Shown: positions 30,920-42,712, counted from the first letter of the stretch. The stretch is 64,000 bases of DNA from Escherichia coli (GCF_009931435.1 NZ_CP043414.1), one strand, 5' to 3'. A program made the numbers and translations. The notes: generated by a model not told the origin, from the sequence alone.

Positions 30920-32305
30920 ATGAGTCACATCACAACGGAAGATCCTGCTACTTTACGTCTGCCCTTTAAAGAGAAACTCTCTTACGGTATCGGAGATCTG
31001 GCCTCTAACATCCTGCTGGATATCGGCACGCTTTATCTTTTGAAGTTTTATACCGACGTTCTGGGGCTGCCCGGCACCTATGGCGGTATTATCTTTTTGA
31101 TCTCGAAATTCTTTACCGCCTTTACCGACATGGGTACCGGCATCATGCTCGATTCCCGGCGTAAGATCGGTCCAAAAGGTAAGTTCCGTCCTTTTATTCT
31201 GTATGCGTCATTCCCGGTCACCTTACTGGCGATCGCCAACTTTGTCGGCACACCGTTTGATGTCACCGGTAAAACGGTGATGGCCACTATCCTGTTTATG
31301 CTCTACGGGCTGTTTTTCAGCATGATGAACTGCTCTTATGGCGCAATGGTCCCCGCTATTACCAAAAACCCCAACGAACGCGCATCACTGGCGGCATGGC
31401 GTCAGGGTGGCGCTACATTGGGCCTGCTGCTTTGTACGGTGGGATTCGTGCCGGTTATGAATCTTATCGAGGGTAATCAGCAACTTGGCTATATCTTCGC
31501 CGCCACGCTATTTTCACTGTTCGGCCTGCTGTTTATGTGGATCTGCTACTCGGGCGTGAAAGAGCGTTATGTCGAAACCCAACCTGCAAATCCGGCGCAA
31601 AAGCCAGGCTTGTTGCAATCTTTCCGTGCGATTGCCGGTAACCGCCCGCTGTTCATTTTGTGCATTGCTAACCTCTGTACCTTAGGGGCATTTAACGTCA
31701 AGCTCGCCATTCAGGTCTATTACACCCAGTACGTGCTTAACGATCCCATCCTGTTGTCATATATGGGATTTTTCAGCATGGGCTGTATTTTCATCGGCGT
31801 GTTCCTGATGCCTGGTGCAGTCAGACGTTTTGGTAAGAAGAAAGTCTATATCGGCGGTCTGCTGATCTGGGTGCTGGGCGATCTGCTCAACTATTTCTTC
31901 GGCGGCGGCTCGGTCAGCTTTGTGGCGTTCTCCTGCCTGGCGTTCTTCGGCTCAGCGTTTGTTAACAGCCTGAACTGGGCGCTGGTTTCTGACACCGTCG
32001 AGTACGGCGAGTGGCGCACCGGCGTTCGTTCGGAAGGTACGGTCTACACCGGCTTCACCTTCTTTCGCAAAGTATCTCAGGCGCTGGCAGGTTTCTTCCC
32101 AGGCTGGATGCTGACGCAAATCGGCTATGTGCCAAACGTGGCGCAGGCTGACCATACCATCGAAGGTTTACGCCAGCTGATCTTCATCTACCCAAGCGCA
32201 CTGGCGGTAGTCACCATTGTGGCGATGGGTTGCTTCTACAGTCTGAACGAGAAAATGTACGTCCGCATTGTTGAAGAAATAGAAGCCCGTAAACGCACGG
32301 CATAA
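30920..32305 (+). CDS. yihP: GPH-family transporter YihP
   Basis: 12-TM ORF; start at MSHITTEDPATL with AGGGAG upstream (461 aa); paralogous to the following yihO. Confidence 0.9.
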   Translation: MSHITTEDPATLRLPFKEKLSYGIGDLASNILLDIGTLYLLKFYTDVLGLPGTYGGIIFLISKFFTAFTDMGTGIMLDSRRKIGPKGKFRPFILYASFPVTLLAIANFVGTPFDVTGKTVMATILFMLYGLFFSMMNCSYGAMVPAITKNPNERASLAAWRQGGATLGLLLCTVGFVPVMNLIEGNQQLGYIFAATLFSLFGLLFMWICYSGVKERYVETQPANPAQKPGLLQSFRAIAGNRPLFILCIANLCTLGAFNVKLAIQVYYTQYVLNDPILLSYMGFFSMGCIFIGVFLMPGAVRRFGKKKVYIGGLLIWVLGDLLNYFFGGGSVSFVAFSCLAFFGSAFVNSLNWALVSDTVEYGEWRTGVRSEGTVYTGFTFFRKVSQALAGFFPGWMLTQIGYVPNVAQADHTIEGLRQLIFIYPSALAVVTIVAMGCFYSLNEKMYVRIVEEIEARKRTA

Positions 32306-32345
32306 ATAATAAACAACGCCCTGCGGGGCGTTATAAGGAGTGATT

Positions 32346-33749
32346 ATGTCTGACCATAATCCACTGACATTAAAACTGAATCTGCGGGAAAAAATCGCTT
32401 ATGGCATGGGCGACGTCGGTTCGAATTTAATGCTTAGCATCGGCACTCTGTATCTCCTCAAATTTTATACCGATGAATTAGGGATGCCTGCTTACTATGG
32501 CGGGATTATCTTTCTGGTGGCGAAATTCTTTACCGCGTTTACCGATATGCTCACCGGATTTTTACTCGACTCGCGGAAAAATATTGGGCCTAAAGGCAAA
32601 TTTCGTCCCTTTATTTTATATGCAGCGGTTCCGGCGGCGTTAATTGCAACGCTCCAGTTTATCGCCACCACCTTTAGTTTGCCGGTTAAAACGACGATTG
32701 CCACCGCGCTGTTTATGATGTTTGGACTTTCATACAGTCTGATGAACTGCTCGTATGGCGCGATGATCCCGGCCATTACCAAAAACCCCAATGAGCGCGC
32801 GCAGCTCGCAGCTTATCGACAAGGAGGAGCCACCATAGGGCTATTGATTTGTACCGTGGCGTTTATTCCGTTGCAGTCGCTATTTTCTGACCCCACCGTC
32901 GGTTACGCCTGCGCGGCACTGATGTTCTCCATTGGCGGCTTTATTTTTATGATGCTGTGCTACAGAGGCGTCAAAGAGCATTATGTGGACGCAACGCCAA
33001 CCGGACATAAAGCCAGTATTCTCAAATCATTTTGCGCGATATTTCGTAATCCGCCATTGCTGGTTTTATGCATTGCTAACCTGTGTACCCTGGCGGCATT
33101 TAATATCAAACTGGCAATTCAGGTCTATTACACCCAGTATGTGCTGAATGATATTAATTTATTGTCGTGGATGGGATTCTTCAGTATGGGATGCATCCTC
33201 ATCGGCGTATTGCTGGTGCCATTAACTGTAAAATGTTTTGGTAAAAAACAGGTTTATTTAGCTGGCATGGTGCTGTGGGCGGTGGGGGATATCCTGAATT
33301 ATTTCTGGGGCAGTAACTCTTTCACTTTCGTCATGTTCTCTTGTGTCGCCTTTTTTGGTACGGCCTTTGTAAACAGCCTGAACTGGGCGCTGGTACCGGA
33401 TACCGTAGATTATGGTGAATGGAAAACCGGTATTCGTGCCGAAGGTTCTGTTTATACCGGTTATACCTTCTTTCGTAAAATTTCAGCCGCACTTGCTGGC
33501 TTCTTGCCAGGCATTATGCTGACGCAAATCGGTTATGTTCCCAACATCGCGCAAAGCGATGCAACATTACAGGGTTTGCGTCAGCTCATTTTTATTTGGC
33601 CTTGTGCGCTGGCGATAATTGCTGCATTGACGATGGGATTCTTTTACACGCTCAATGAAAAACGTTTTGCGTTAATTATTGAGGACATCAACCAACGTAA
33701 AAATAAAGAGATTGAGACAAAAGAAAAAACTGCTTCCGTAACGTTATAA
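32346..33749 (+). CDS. yihO: GPH-family transporter YihO (sulfoquinovose importer)
   Basis: ORF MSDHNPLTLKLNLREKIAYGMGDVGSNLML...; clear paralog of yihP by eye. Confidence 0.9.
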   Translation: MSDHNPLTLKLNLREKIAYGMGDVGSNLMLSIGTLYLLKFYTDELGMPAYYGGIIFLVAKFFTAFTDMLTGFLLDSRKNIGPKGKFRPFILYAAVPAALIATLQFIATTFSLPVKTTIATALFMMFGLSYSLMNCSYGAMIPAITKNPNERAQLAAYRQGGATIGLLICTVAFIPLQSLFSDPTVGYACAALMFSIGGFIFMMLCYRGVKEHYVDATPTGHKASILKSFCAIFRNPPLLVLCIANLCTLAAFNIKLAIQVYYTQYVLNDINLLSWMGFFSMGCILIGVLLVPLTVKCFGKKQVYLAGMVLWAVGDILNYFWGSNSFTFVMFSCVAFFGTAFVNSLNWALVPDTVDYGEWKTGIRAEGSVYTGYTFFRKISAALAGFLPGIMLTQIGYVPNIAQSDATLQGLRQLIFIWPCALAIIAALTMGFFYTLNEKRFALIIEDINQRKNKEIETKEKTASVTL

Positions 33750-33816
33750 ATGTCAATAGCCGCTATTTCCATCCTGATGGGTGGCGGCCCCCCTACGTTA
33801 AAAAAATGGACTTATT

Positions 33817-34509
33817 ATGAAAAAGATTAATGCAATAATTTTATTATCTTCTCTGACCTCTGCCTCGGTATTTGCTGGCGCATACGTCGAAAACAGGGAG
33901 GCATATAATCTCGCCTCCGATCAGGCAGAAATTATGCTACGTGTAGGTTATAACTTCGATATGGGCGCGGGTATCATGTTAACCAATACCTATAATTTTC
34001 AGAGAGAAGATGAGCTTAAACATGGCTACAATGAAATTGAAGGTTGGTATCCTTTATTCAAACCAACCGATAAATTAACCATCCAACCCGGTGGCTTAAT
34101 TAATGATAAAAGCACCGGTTCCGGTGGTGCAGTATATCTGGACGTCAACTATAAATTTGTACCATGGTTTAATCTGACAGTGCGAAATCGCTATAACCAT
34201 AATAACTATAGTTCAACAGATTTGAACGGGGAGCTGGATAATAATGACACCTATGAAATTGGTACCTACTGGAATTTTAAAATCACCGAGAAATTCTCCT
34301 ATACATTTGAGCCACATTATTTCATACGCGTAAATGACTTTAATAGCAGCAATGGAAAAGATCATCATTGGGAAATCACTAATACCTTCCGTTACCGTAT
34401 TAATGAACACTGGCTGCCTTATTTCGAATTACGCTGGTTAGATCGTAATATAGAACCATACCACCGCGAGCAAAACCAGATTCGTATCGGGACGAAGTAT
34501 TTCTTCTGA
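33817..34509 (+). CDS. ompL: Outer membrane porin L
   Basis: 230 aa ORF with signal peptide MKKINAIILLSSLTSASVFA and C-terminal ...GTKYFF. Confidence 0.9.
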   Translation: MKKINAIILLSSLTSASVFAGAYVENREAYNLASDQAEIMLRVGYNFDMGAGIMLTNTYNFQREDELKHGYNEIEGWYPLFKPTDKLTIQPGGLINDKSTGSGGAVYLDVNYKFVPWFNLTVRNRYNHNNYSSTDLNGELDNNDTYEIGTYWNFKITEKFSYTFEPHYFIRVNDFNSSNGKDHHWEITNTFRYRINEHWLPYFELRWLDRNIEPYHREQNQIRIGTKYFF

Positions 34510-34518
34510 TGTGAAACT

Positions 34519-34594
<76 letters not shown>

Positions 34595-34599
34595 ATTAA

Positions 34600-35865
34600 T
34601 CAAGCTTCAGCCGCCAGCATCTCTTTCTTACGTTGGCTAATACGCTTAACCAGCATTACGGAAACCACCGCACCACAGAATGCGAAGCAGGCCATAATGC
34701 CAAACACGATTTTGTAGCCAATAATCCCCGGATTTAAATCCAGAATGTAACCATACAGACTGAAGCAGAACATCGCCGGGGCGTAACCGATAAAGCTACC
34801 CAACGCCATCGCCGCGCCTGTTTTATTTTCAGCAATTTTTGCTTCGCCGATAGGTGCAAAAAATACGGCTCGCTGTGTAAAGACTATCGCGCCAAAGCCT
34901 AATGTACAGGCCATCCCTAAATAGACCGGCATACTTTCGTGCGGCAGCATAATCAACAGTACGAGCGCAGCGGTACTGATGATAAAGGTGTAGCATAGAT
35001 ATTTACTCGGCGATTTCAGGATCTTATCTGAAATCATGCCACCAATCGGTCCACCGATCATTTTCAGACAGTATTGGTTAATGATGCCGTAAGCACCCAC
35101 CAGCGCAACGGGCAGCAGATAGATGTTTTTCAGGAATGGAATGAAGAATGTCAGGCCACAGTAAACCGCGTAAACGAAGAAGACGTTGAAAGCGATAAGC
35201 CAGATGGTTTTATCTCTCAGCACCGAAGTCATACTGGTGTTTTGCGATGCTTCGTCTTCTTTTTTCACCTCCACGGACGGTGCCTCTTCTTTGTCATTGA
35301 GTACAAAGAAAATGATAACGCCCACGGCAATCACAATAAGGGAATAGAACCAGATACCCGCTTTAAAGCCCAACAAGCCACTGCCAAACCAGGTAAATAC
35401 TGCCAACGCAGAAAATGCCACCACAGTATCGACAATTCCACGCCCTGTTTCGAAGAAGCCAAACAAACGACCTTGTTGTTCGCTATTGCCCAGTCGACTT
35501 ACCGACTTGAGCAAGACAGGCCAGTTCATCATGTCGCAGGTAACGCCAAATAGCGCCCAGACAAAGAGGATGCCCCAATACCCCGGCATTGTCGTCAAAT
35601 AAACACCCAGTAATCCCGTCGCAATGAGGGAGAATGACATGGTGTATCTGCGCGGTAGTTTATCGGCAAAATAAATAGACAGAAAAAAGCCCACTGTGGT
35701 GACAAATGAGTTTACCGACATAGCATTACCAATTTGACCATTGGTCAAATGGAAATATTCCTGCATCGGGATATAAAACGCATCTTTCAACGACGGTAAT
35801 TTATAAATTGTACCGCCACACAGTGTTAATAGACTAAATAACGCCCATTTCTTTTTCGTGAGCAT
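34600..35865 (-). CDS. yihN: MFS-family transporter YihN
   Basis: 421 aa polytopic ORF MLTKKKWALFSLLTLCGGTIYKLPSLKDAFY... Confidence 0.9.
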   Translation of the reverse strand: MLTKKKWALFSLLTLCGGTIYKLPSLKDAFYIPMQEYFHLTNGQIGNAMSVNSFVTTVGFFLSIYFADKLPRRYTMSFSLIATGLLGVYLTTMPGYWGILFVWALFGVTCDMMNWPVLLKSVSRLGNSEQQGRLFGFFETGRGIVDTVVAFSALAVFTWFGSGLLGFKAGIWFYSLIVIAVGVIIFFVLNDKEEAPSVEVKKEDEASQNTSMTSVLRDKTIWLIAFNVFFVYAVYCGLTFFIPFLKNIYLLPVALVGAYGIINQYCLKMIGGPIGGMISDKILKSPSKYLCYTFIISTAALVLLIMLPHESMPVYLGMACTLGFGAIVFTQRAVFFAPIGEAKIAENKTGAAMALGSFIGYAPAMFCFSLYGYILDLNPGIIGYKIVFGIMACFAFCGAVVSVMLVKRISQRKKEMLAAEA

Positions 35866-35964
35866 AACATCCCCTAAGCGATTTTGAAAATCACTGTTCT
35901 AAAGGCAATAAGATACCGGCCATTCTTATGGAATGGTTTTTATTAACAGCGGATGAGTTAAAGC

Positions 35965-36948
35965 TTATGAGTGGTTCAGAAGATGGCTTGCCTCTTGTTT
36001 GATTTGTTGTAGTACGTTACGCACATGATTTATCTGATTAATTGCATCTTCTTTTTCTTTACGTAACCGCGCATCCAGTAAATGATTTTCTGGCAGTGGT
36101 GTTTCACTCATCTGGCGATAAGGGATCCACGGATTATCATCTTCGTCTTCAAAGCGGAACGCCGGAGCATAATAATCAACCTCTTCTTCCAGGCCATACG
36201 CTGTCACCTGCGGTTCTTCATCGCCAAGGCAGATAAGGTGTGTTAATAACTCTTTGAATGGCATATCACCCTGACCTGAAATACAGGCTTTATGGCCCAG
36301 GCCACCTTGTTCTTTAACAATCAAGGCATCTTTGATATGGACCTGGGTAATATGTGGTGCCATCGTTTTTAAAGCGTCTATGGGATGCTCATTCGCATTG
36401 ATCATATTCGCAAAATCAAACAGTAAGGAAAGTGATTTCATCTCACTGTCTTTGACCAGCGACACCAGTTCATGGCTTTTTAAATCTTCATGCTGTTCGA
36501 TCGTAAAGGTCAGGCCGCTGTCCTGATACGTTTCCCGAACATAGGCAATATCGTTAGCAATGATCGATAATACGTCGCGTAAATTACCTTCATAACGCGG
36601 ATAAAAACGCACGGACGATGCCCCGGTTTTCAACGCAATGGCGACGGCTTCGTCAATAGATGCCTTATCTGAAGCGCTGGTTTCAATATGAATATCAAGG
36701 TTCAGATGGCGGGCTTTATCGCCAAAGGCAGAGAGTTCTTTATCTGCCATATTGCCCAAAGAAAAACGTTCGCCATCCAGAACATGAATTTTTACGCCTC
36801 GCAGATTATTTTCACTCGCAATATCAAGTAAATCAGCTGGCAATACTCTTTCCAGCCGCATATTTAAATGAAAAGCGTAGGCATGCAAATAAAGAGGAAG
36901 AGTATCGACACGTTGTAGAATCTTTCTTGCGTTATTTATTGTCACCAT
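35965..36948 (-). CDS. yihM: Sugar phosphate isomerase/epimerase (xylose isomerase-like TIM barrel)
   Basis: ORF ...MVTINNARKILQRVDTLPLYLHAYAFHLNMRLE...; start taken at MVTINN (about 327 aa); ORF track starts 18 codons earlier. Confidence 0.85.
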   Translation of the reverse strand: MVTINNARKILQRVDTLPLYLHAYAFHLNMRLERVLPADLLDIASENNLRGVKIHVLDGERFSLGNMADKELSAFGDKARHLNLDIHIETSASDKASIDEAVAIALKTGASSVRFYPRYEGNLRDVLSIIANDIAYVRETYQDSGLTFTIEQHEDLKSHELVSLVKDSEMKSLSLLFDFANMINANEHPIDALKTMAPHITQVHIKDALIVKEQGGLGHKACISGQGDMPFKELLTHLICLGDEEPQVTAYGLEEEVDYYAPAFRFEDEDDNPWIPYRQMSETPLPENHLLDARLRKEKEDAINQINHVRNVLQQIKQEASHLLNHS

Positions 36949-36955
36949 AAAACAC

Positions 36956-37666
36956 CTACAGATTAATGATGAGATCCACGGCCTCAAATCGCCAATATTC
37001 AATATCTATCTGGACAATATTGCCTTGCTGGTCAGCGCGATGTTTTTCAATTAAGATCGCAGGCATGCCCGCTGAACCGCCAAGAAATTTACTGATATCA
37101 CCCGGCATTCTTACGGGTTTGAAAACCAGTTTTTTTACTACCGTCTCTTTTTGGTAGCATTTTTCCCAGACTGAAGAAAATGAGTGGTTTTCAAGTTGCT
37201 CTATAAAACCTGGGGCAACTTCAGGATTAATATATGTTTCGTGATAGAAAACTTTATGTCCTTCCAGCGCCCCCCAGCCGGTAATGCGATAGAGTTCAGT
37301 TGATGGCGTCACTGCAACCAGTGGCGCGAGCGTCTCGGGAATGTCGCTGGTACGGCTTTTCTCAGTAAAGCCCCAGGAAGGTTCCCGCCCTTGCTCAATT
37401 GCGGCCCGCTGAAAGCTCGCCGACAGCTCCGGACTGTAATTAAATCGCGGCTGAGTCACGAACCACCCTTTACGATCCTTACGGAAAATTTTGGATTCTG
37501 CCTCAAGGTTCAGCAACGCCTGGCGTAACGTCATACGTTTAATGCCCAGCAACTCTCCCAGCTCTCTTTCTGAAGGGAGTTTTCCACCCGGCGTGGTGAT
37601 GCCATCTTTCAACCACCGATCCAGTTTCTCTTTTGCATTTTCTACGGTGGATTGATTCTCCGCCAT
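36956..37666 (-). CDS. yihL: GntR-family transcriptional regulator YihL
   Basis: 236 aa ORF with N-terminal GntR HTH (ERELGELLGIKRMTLRQAL). Confidence 0.9.
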   Translation of the reverse strand: MAENQSTVENAKEKLDRWLKDGITTPGGKLPSERELGELLGIKRMTLRQALLNLEAESKIFRKDRKGWFVTQPRFNYSPELSASFQRAAIEQGREPSWGFTEKSRTSDIPETLAPLVAVTPSTELYRITGWGALEGHKVFYHETYINPEVAPGFIEQLENHSFSSVWEKCYQKETVVKKLVFKPVRMPGDISKFLGGSAGMPAILIEKHRADQQGNIVQIDIEYWRFEAVDLIINL

Positions 37667-37882
37667 TGTTTAATCCTTTTGGTTTAAACCAGATGAGGCA
37701 TCTTACGCTTACGCCAAAAAAGAAAGCAATTAACAGCGTATGACTTTGCAGATAATTGTGACAAAGCTCTCTATTGACGTAACCACAAACTTATAAGGGA
37801 GATACTCGCACTGGTGAGAACTTACGACAGGCAAAAAAAAACCTGCCATCACTGGCAGGTTTTTTATGACTAAAAAACGAAA

Positions 37883-39706
37883 TTAATCGTCTTTCGGTGC
37901 GCGGTTGGCGCGACGACGATCGTTTTCCGTCAGGTGACGTTTACGAATACGGATAGAGGTCGGAGTCACTTCTACCAGTTCGTCATCATCGATGAACTCC
38001 AGAGCTTGTTCCAGAGTCATGCGGATAGGCGGAACCAGAACAACGGCTTCGTCAGTACCGGAAGCACGCATGTTGGTCAGTTTCTTACCGGTCAGACAGT
38101 TTACAGTCAGGTCGTTAGAACGGCTGTGAATACCGATAATCTGACCTTCGTAAACTTCTGCACCGTGACCGAGGAACAGCTTACCGCGATCCTGCAGACC
38201 GAACAGCGCGAACGCGACCGCTTTACCCTGACCGTTAGAGATCAGTACGCCATTCTGACGCTGACCCACTTCGCCCGGACGTACGTCGTCGTAGTGGCTG
38301 AAGGTGGAGTACAGCAGACCAGTACCGGAAGTCATGGTCATGAACTCAGAACGGAAGCCAATCAGACCACGGCTTGGGATCACGTAGTCGAGACGTACGC
38401 GGCCTTTACCGTCTGGATTCATGTTTTTCAGGTCGCCTTTACGTTCGCCCAGCGCCTGCATTACAGAACCCTGATGCTGTTCTTCAACGTCCAGAGTCAC
38501 GTTTTCATACGGCTCTTGTTTACGACCGTCAATTTCACGGAAGATAACTTTCGGACGGGATACCGCCAGTTCGAAACCTTCACGACGCATGTTTTCGATC
38601 AGAACAGACAAGTGCAGTTCGCCACGGCCAGAAACGCGGAACGCATCGGCATCTTCGGTTTCTTCTACGCGCAGCGCAACGTTGTGTACCAGTTCTTTGT
38701 TCAGACGATCCAGGATCTGACGAGACGTTACGAACTTACCTTCTTTACCGCAGAACGGTGAGGTGTTAACGCAGAAGAACATAGAAACGGTCGGCTCATC
38801 AACGGAGAGTGCCGGCAGCGCTTCAACGTTTTGCGTGTCGCAAACGGTGTCAGAAATGTTCAGTTCGCCCAGGCCCGTGATCGCCACGATATCGCCAGCT
38901 TCCGCCAGATCGGTTTCGATACGTTCCAGACCGAGGTGGCCCAGCACTTTACCGACTTTCGCGTTGCGGGTTTTGCCTTCGCTATCGATGATAGTAACTT
39001 GCTGGTTCGGCTTCACTTTACCGCGCTTGATGCGGCCAATGCCGATAACGCCAACATAGCTGTTGTAATCGAGCTGAGAAATCTGCATCTGGAACGGACC
39101 GTCAAGGTCAACGTCCGGCGCAGGAACGTGGTCAACAATTGCCTGATACAGCGGGGTCATGTCTTCTGCCATATCTTCGTGGTCCAGACCCGCGATACCG
39201 TTCAGCGCAGAAGCGTAAACGATCGGGAAGTCCAGCTGCTCGTCAGTCGCGTCGAGGTTAACGAACAGGTCGAATACCTGATCCACAACCCAGTCAGGAC
39301 GCGCGCCAGGGCGGTCAACTTTGTTGATAACAACAATTGGCTTCAGGCCGTAAGCAAACGCTTTTTTGGTTACGAAGCGCGTTTGCGGCATCGGGCCGTC
39401 AAATGCGTCAACCACCAGCAGCACTGAGTCTACCATGGACATTACACGTTCAACTTCACCACCGAAGTCGGCGTGCCCCGGGGTATCAACGATGTTGATA
39501 CGGTAATCATTCCATTTGATAGCGGTGTTTTTCGCGAGGATGGTAATCCCACGCTCTTTCTCCAAATCGTTGGAGTCCATCACGCGCTCTTGGGTTTCGG
39601 CACGAGAGTCGAACGTACCGGATTGTTGGAGCAGCTTGTCTACCAGGGTGGTTTTACCATGGTCTACGTGCGCGATGATGGCGATATTACGCAATTTTTC
39701 GATCAC
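37883..39706 (-). CDS. typA: Ribosome-dependent translational GTPase TypA/BipA
   Basis: 607 aa [29 protein letters not shown]... with EF-G-like GTPase motifs. Confidence 0.95.
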   Translation of the reverse strand: MIEKLRNIAIIAHVDHGKTTLVDKLLQQSGTFDSRAETQERVMDSNDLEKERGITILAKNTAIKWNDYRINIVDTPGHADFGGEVERVMSMVDSVLLVVDAFDGPMPQTRFVTKKAFAYGLKPIVVINKVDRPGARPDWVVDQVFDLFVNLDATDEQLDFPIVYASALNGIAGLDHEDMAEDMTPLYQAIVDHVPAPDVDLDGPFQMQISQLDYNSYVGVIGIGRIKRGKVKPNQQVTIIDSEGKTRNAKVGKVLGHLGLERIETDLAEAGDIVAITGLGELNISDTVCDTQNVEALPALSVDEPTVSMFFCVNTSPFCGKEGKFVTSRQILDRLNKELVHNVALRVEETEDADAFRVSGRGELHLSVLIENMRREGFELAVSRPKVIFREIDGRKQEPYENVTLDVEEQHQGSVMQALGERKGDLKNMNPDGKGRVRLDYVIPSRGLIGFRSEFMTMTSGTGLLYSTFSHYDDVRPGEVGQRQNGVLISNGQGKAVAFALFGLQDRGKLFLGHGAEVYEGQIIGIHSRSNDLTVNCLTGKKLTNMRASGTDEAVVLVPPIRMTLEQALEFIDDDELVEVTPTSIRIRKRHLTENDRRRANRAPKDD

Positions 39707-39856
39707 AACTTTGCCTCAGGCATTAGAAATAGCGCGTTATTGTACACGGATTAATCGCACTACAAAACAGGATCACAAACATCCTCCGCAAACAAGTATT
39801 GCAGAGTCCCTTTGTGATCGCTTTCACGGAGCATAAAAAGGGTTATCCAAAGGTCA

Positions 39857-39905
39857 TTGCACCAATATGGTGCTTAATGTTTCCATTGAAGCACTATATT
39901 GGTGC
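39857..39905 (+). promoter_or_regulatory. NtrC (NRI) enhancer binding sites upstream of glnA
   Basis: Palindromes TGCACCAATATGGTGC (39857-39872) and GCACTATATTGGTGCA (39890-39905), plus further TGCAC/GTGCA half-sites up to about 39950. Confidence 0.7.
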
Positions 39906-39978
39906 AACATTAACATCGTGGTGCAGCCCTTTTGCACGATGGTGCGCATGATAACGCCTTTTAGGGGCAATTTAAAAG

Positions 39979-39995
39979 TTGGCACAGATTTCGCT
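39979..39995 (+). promoter_or_regulatory. sigma54 promoter glnAp2
   Basis: TTGGCACAGATTTCGCT fits the -24 GG / -12 GC sigma54 consensus (TGGCAC-N5-TTGCW-like), about 85 nt upstream of the glnA start. Confidence 0.75.
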
Positions 39996-40078
39996 TTATC
40001 TTTTTTACGGCGACACGGCCAAAATAATTGCAGATTTCGTTACCACGACGACCATGACCAATCCAGGAGAGTTAAAGT

Positions 40079-41488
40079 ATGTCCGCTGAACACGTACTGA
40101 CGATGCTGAACGAGCACGAAGTGAAGTTTGTTGATTTGCGCTTCACCGACACCAAAGGTAAAGAACAGCACGTCACTATCCCTGCTCATCAGGTGAATGC
40201 TGAATTCTTCGAAGAAGGCAAAATGTTTGACGGCTCCTCGATTGGCGGCTGGAAAGGCATTAACGAATCCGACATGGTGCTGATGCCAGACGCATCCACC
40301 GCAGTGATTGACCCGTTCTTCGCGGACTCTACCCTGATTATCCGTTGCGATATCCTTGAACCAGGCACCCTGCAAGGCTATGACCGTGACCCGCGTTCCA
40401 TCGCGAAGCGCGCTGAAGATTACCTGCGTTCTACTGGCATTGCCGACACCGTACTGTTCGGGCCAGAACCTGAATTCTTCCTGTTCGATGACATCCGTTT
40501 CGGCGCGTCTATCTCCGGTTCTCATGTTGCCATCGACGATATCGAAGGTGCATGGAACTCCTCCACCAAATATGAAGGTGGTAACAAAGGTCACCGTCCG
40601 GCAGTGAAAGGCGGTTACTTCCCGGTTCCGCCGGTAGACTCTGCTCAGGATATCCGTTCTGAAATGTGTCTGGTGATGGAACAGATGGGTCTGGTTGTTG
40701 AAGCCCATCACCACGAAGTAGCGACTGCTGGTCAGAACGAAGTGGCTACCCGCTTCAATACCATGACCAAAAAAGCTGACGAAATTCAGATCTACAAATA
40801 TGTTGTGCACAACGTTGCACACCGCTTCGGTAAAACCGCGACCTTTATGCCAAAACCGATGTTCGGTGATAACGGCTCCGGTATGCACTGCCACATGTCA
40901 CTGTCTAAAAACGGCGTCAACCTGTTCGCTGGCGACAAATATGCAGGTCTGTCTGAGCAGGCGTTGTACTACATTGGCGGCGTAATCAAACACGCTAAAG
41001 CAATTAACGCCCTGGCAAACCCGACCACCAACTCTTACAAGCGTCTGGTCCCGGGCTACGAAGCACCGGTAATGCTGGCTTACTCTGCACGCAACCGTTC
41101 TGCGTCTATCCGTATTCCAGTGGTTTCTTCTCCGAAAGCACGTCGTATCGAAGTCCGTTTCCCGGACCCAGCGGCTAACCCGTACCTGTGCTTTGCTGCC
41201 CTGCTGATGGCCGGTCTTGATGGTATCAAGAACAAGATCCACCCAGGCGAAGCCATGGACAAAAACCTGTATGACCTGCCGCCAGAAGAAGCGAAAGAGA
41301 TCCCACAGGTTGCAGGCTCTCTGGAAGAAGCACTGAACGAACTGGATCTGGACCGCGAGTTCCTGAAAGCCGGTGGCGTGTTCACTGACGAAGCCATTGA
41401 TGCGTACATCGCTCTGCGTCGCGAAGAAAATGACCGCGTGCGTATGACTCCGCATCCGGTAGAGTTTGAGCTGTACTACAGCGTCTAA
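40079..41488 (+). CDS. glnA: Glutamine synthetase
   Basis: 469 aa [35 protein letters not shown]... recognised as GlnA. Confidence 0.97.
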   Translation: MSAEHVLTMLNEHEVKFVDLRFTDTKGKEQHVTIPAHQVNAEFFEEGKMFDGSSIGGWKGINESDMVLMPDASTAVIDPFFADSTLIIRCDILEPGTLQGYDRDPRSIAKRAEDYLRSTGIADTVLFGPEPEFFLFDDIRFGASISGSHVAIDDIEGAWNSSTKYEGGNKGHRPAVKGGYFPVPPVDSAQDIRSEMCLVMEQMGLVVEAHHHEVATAGQNEVATRFNTMTKKADEIQIYKYVVHNVAHRFGKTATFMPKPMFGDNGSGMHCHMSLSKNGVNLFAGDKYAGLSEQALYYIGGVIKHAKAINALANPTTNSYKRLVPGYEAPVMLAYSARNRSASIRIPVVSSPKARRIEVRFPDPAANPYLCFAALLMAGLDGIKNKIHPGEAMDKNLYDLPPEEAKEIPQVAGSLEEALNELDLDREFLKAGGVFTDEAIDAYIALRREENDRVRMTPHPVEFELYYSV

Positions 41489-41549
41489 TAGTTGAAGTTG
41501 TACTACCCGGTGCAAAGAAGGCCGGGATTTAGTTGCCGTGGAAACTTTC

Positions 41550-41576
41550 AGCCCATCTCTGCATGGGCTTTTTTCT
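41550..41576 (+). terminator. Intrinsic terminator in glnA 3' UTR
   Basis: Hairpin AGCCCAT-CTCTGC-ATGGGCT followed by TTTTTTCT; an additional hairpin CCCGGTGCAAAGAAGGCCGGG at 41506-41526. Confidence 0.6.
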
Positions 41577-41662
41577 CCGTAACTTCTTTGATGCTTCGCG
41601 CTTTTTATCCGTAAAAAGCTATAATGCACTAAAATGGTGCAACCTGTTCAGGAGACTGCTTT

Positions 41663-42712
41663 ATGGCAACAGGCACGCAGCCCGATGCTGGGCAGATCCT
41701 CAACTCACTGATTAACAGTATTTTGTTAATTGATGACAACCTGGCAATCCATTACGCCAACCCCGCCGCGCAACAACTACTCGCCCAAAGCTCCCGCAAA
41801 TTGTTTGGTACGCCGTTACCGGAACTGTTGAGCTACTTCTCATTAAATATCGAGCTGATGCAAGAAAGTCTGGAGGCGGGGCAAGGTTTTACCGATAACG
41901 AAGTGACGCTGGTGATCGACGGTCGCTCGCATATCCTTTCTGTGACGGCCCAGCGTATGCCGGACGGCATGATCCTGCTGGAGATGGCACCGATGGATAA
42001 CCAGCGCCGCTTAAGTCAGGAACAGCTACAGCACGCCCAGCAGGTTGCTGCCCGTGATTTAGTGCGCGGCCTGGCGCATGAGATTAAAAATCCGCTTGGC
42101 GGTTTACGTGGCGCGGCCCAGTTGCTCAGCAAAGCATTACCTGACCCGTCACTGCTGGAATATACCAAAGTGATTATTGAACAGGCGGATCGGTTGCGAA
42201 ATCTGGTCGACCGTCTGTTGGGGCCGCAACTGCCCGGTACGCGCGTTACCGAAAGTATTCACAAAGTGGCTGAACGCGTGGTGACGCTGGTGTCGATGGA
42301 ACTGCCGGACAACGTGCGGTTGATTCGTGATTACGACCCCAGCCTGCCGGAACTGGCGCACGACCCGGATCAAATTGAACAGGTATTGCTGAATATTGTG
42401 CGCAATGCGCTACAGGCACTGGGGCCGGAAGGTGGTGAAATCATTCTGCGTACCCGCACCGCGTTTCAACTGACCTTACACGGCGAGCGCTATCGGCTGG
42501 CGGCGCGGATTGATGTGGAAGATAACGGGCCAGGCATTCCGCCTCATTTGCAGGATACGCTGTTTTACCCGATGGTCAGCGGCCGCGAAGGTGGCACCGG
42601 GCTTGGCTTATCCATCGCCCGTAATTTGATTGATCAGCATTCAGGCAAAATTGAATTTACCAGTTGGCCAGGTCATACCGAGTTCTCGGTTTACCTGCCT
42701 ATCAGGAAATAA
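41663..42712 (+). CDS. glnL: Nitrogen regulation sensor histidine kinase NtrB (NRII)
   Basis: 349 aa ORF with H-box HEIKNPLGG. Confidence 0.95.

Noticed and set aside
37934-38761. 275 aa plus-strand ORF inside typA
   Set aside because: Antisense shadow ORF within typA.
40040-41629. 284 aa and 243 aa minus-strand ORFs (40040..40894, 40898..41629) overlapping glnA
   Set aside because: Antisense to the highly conserved glnA; no independent evidence of coding.
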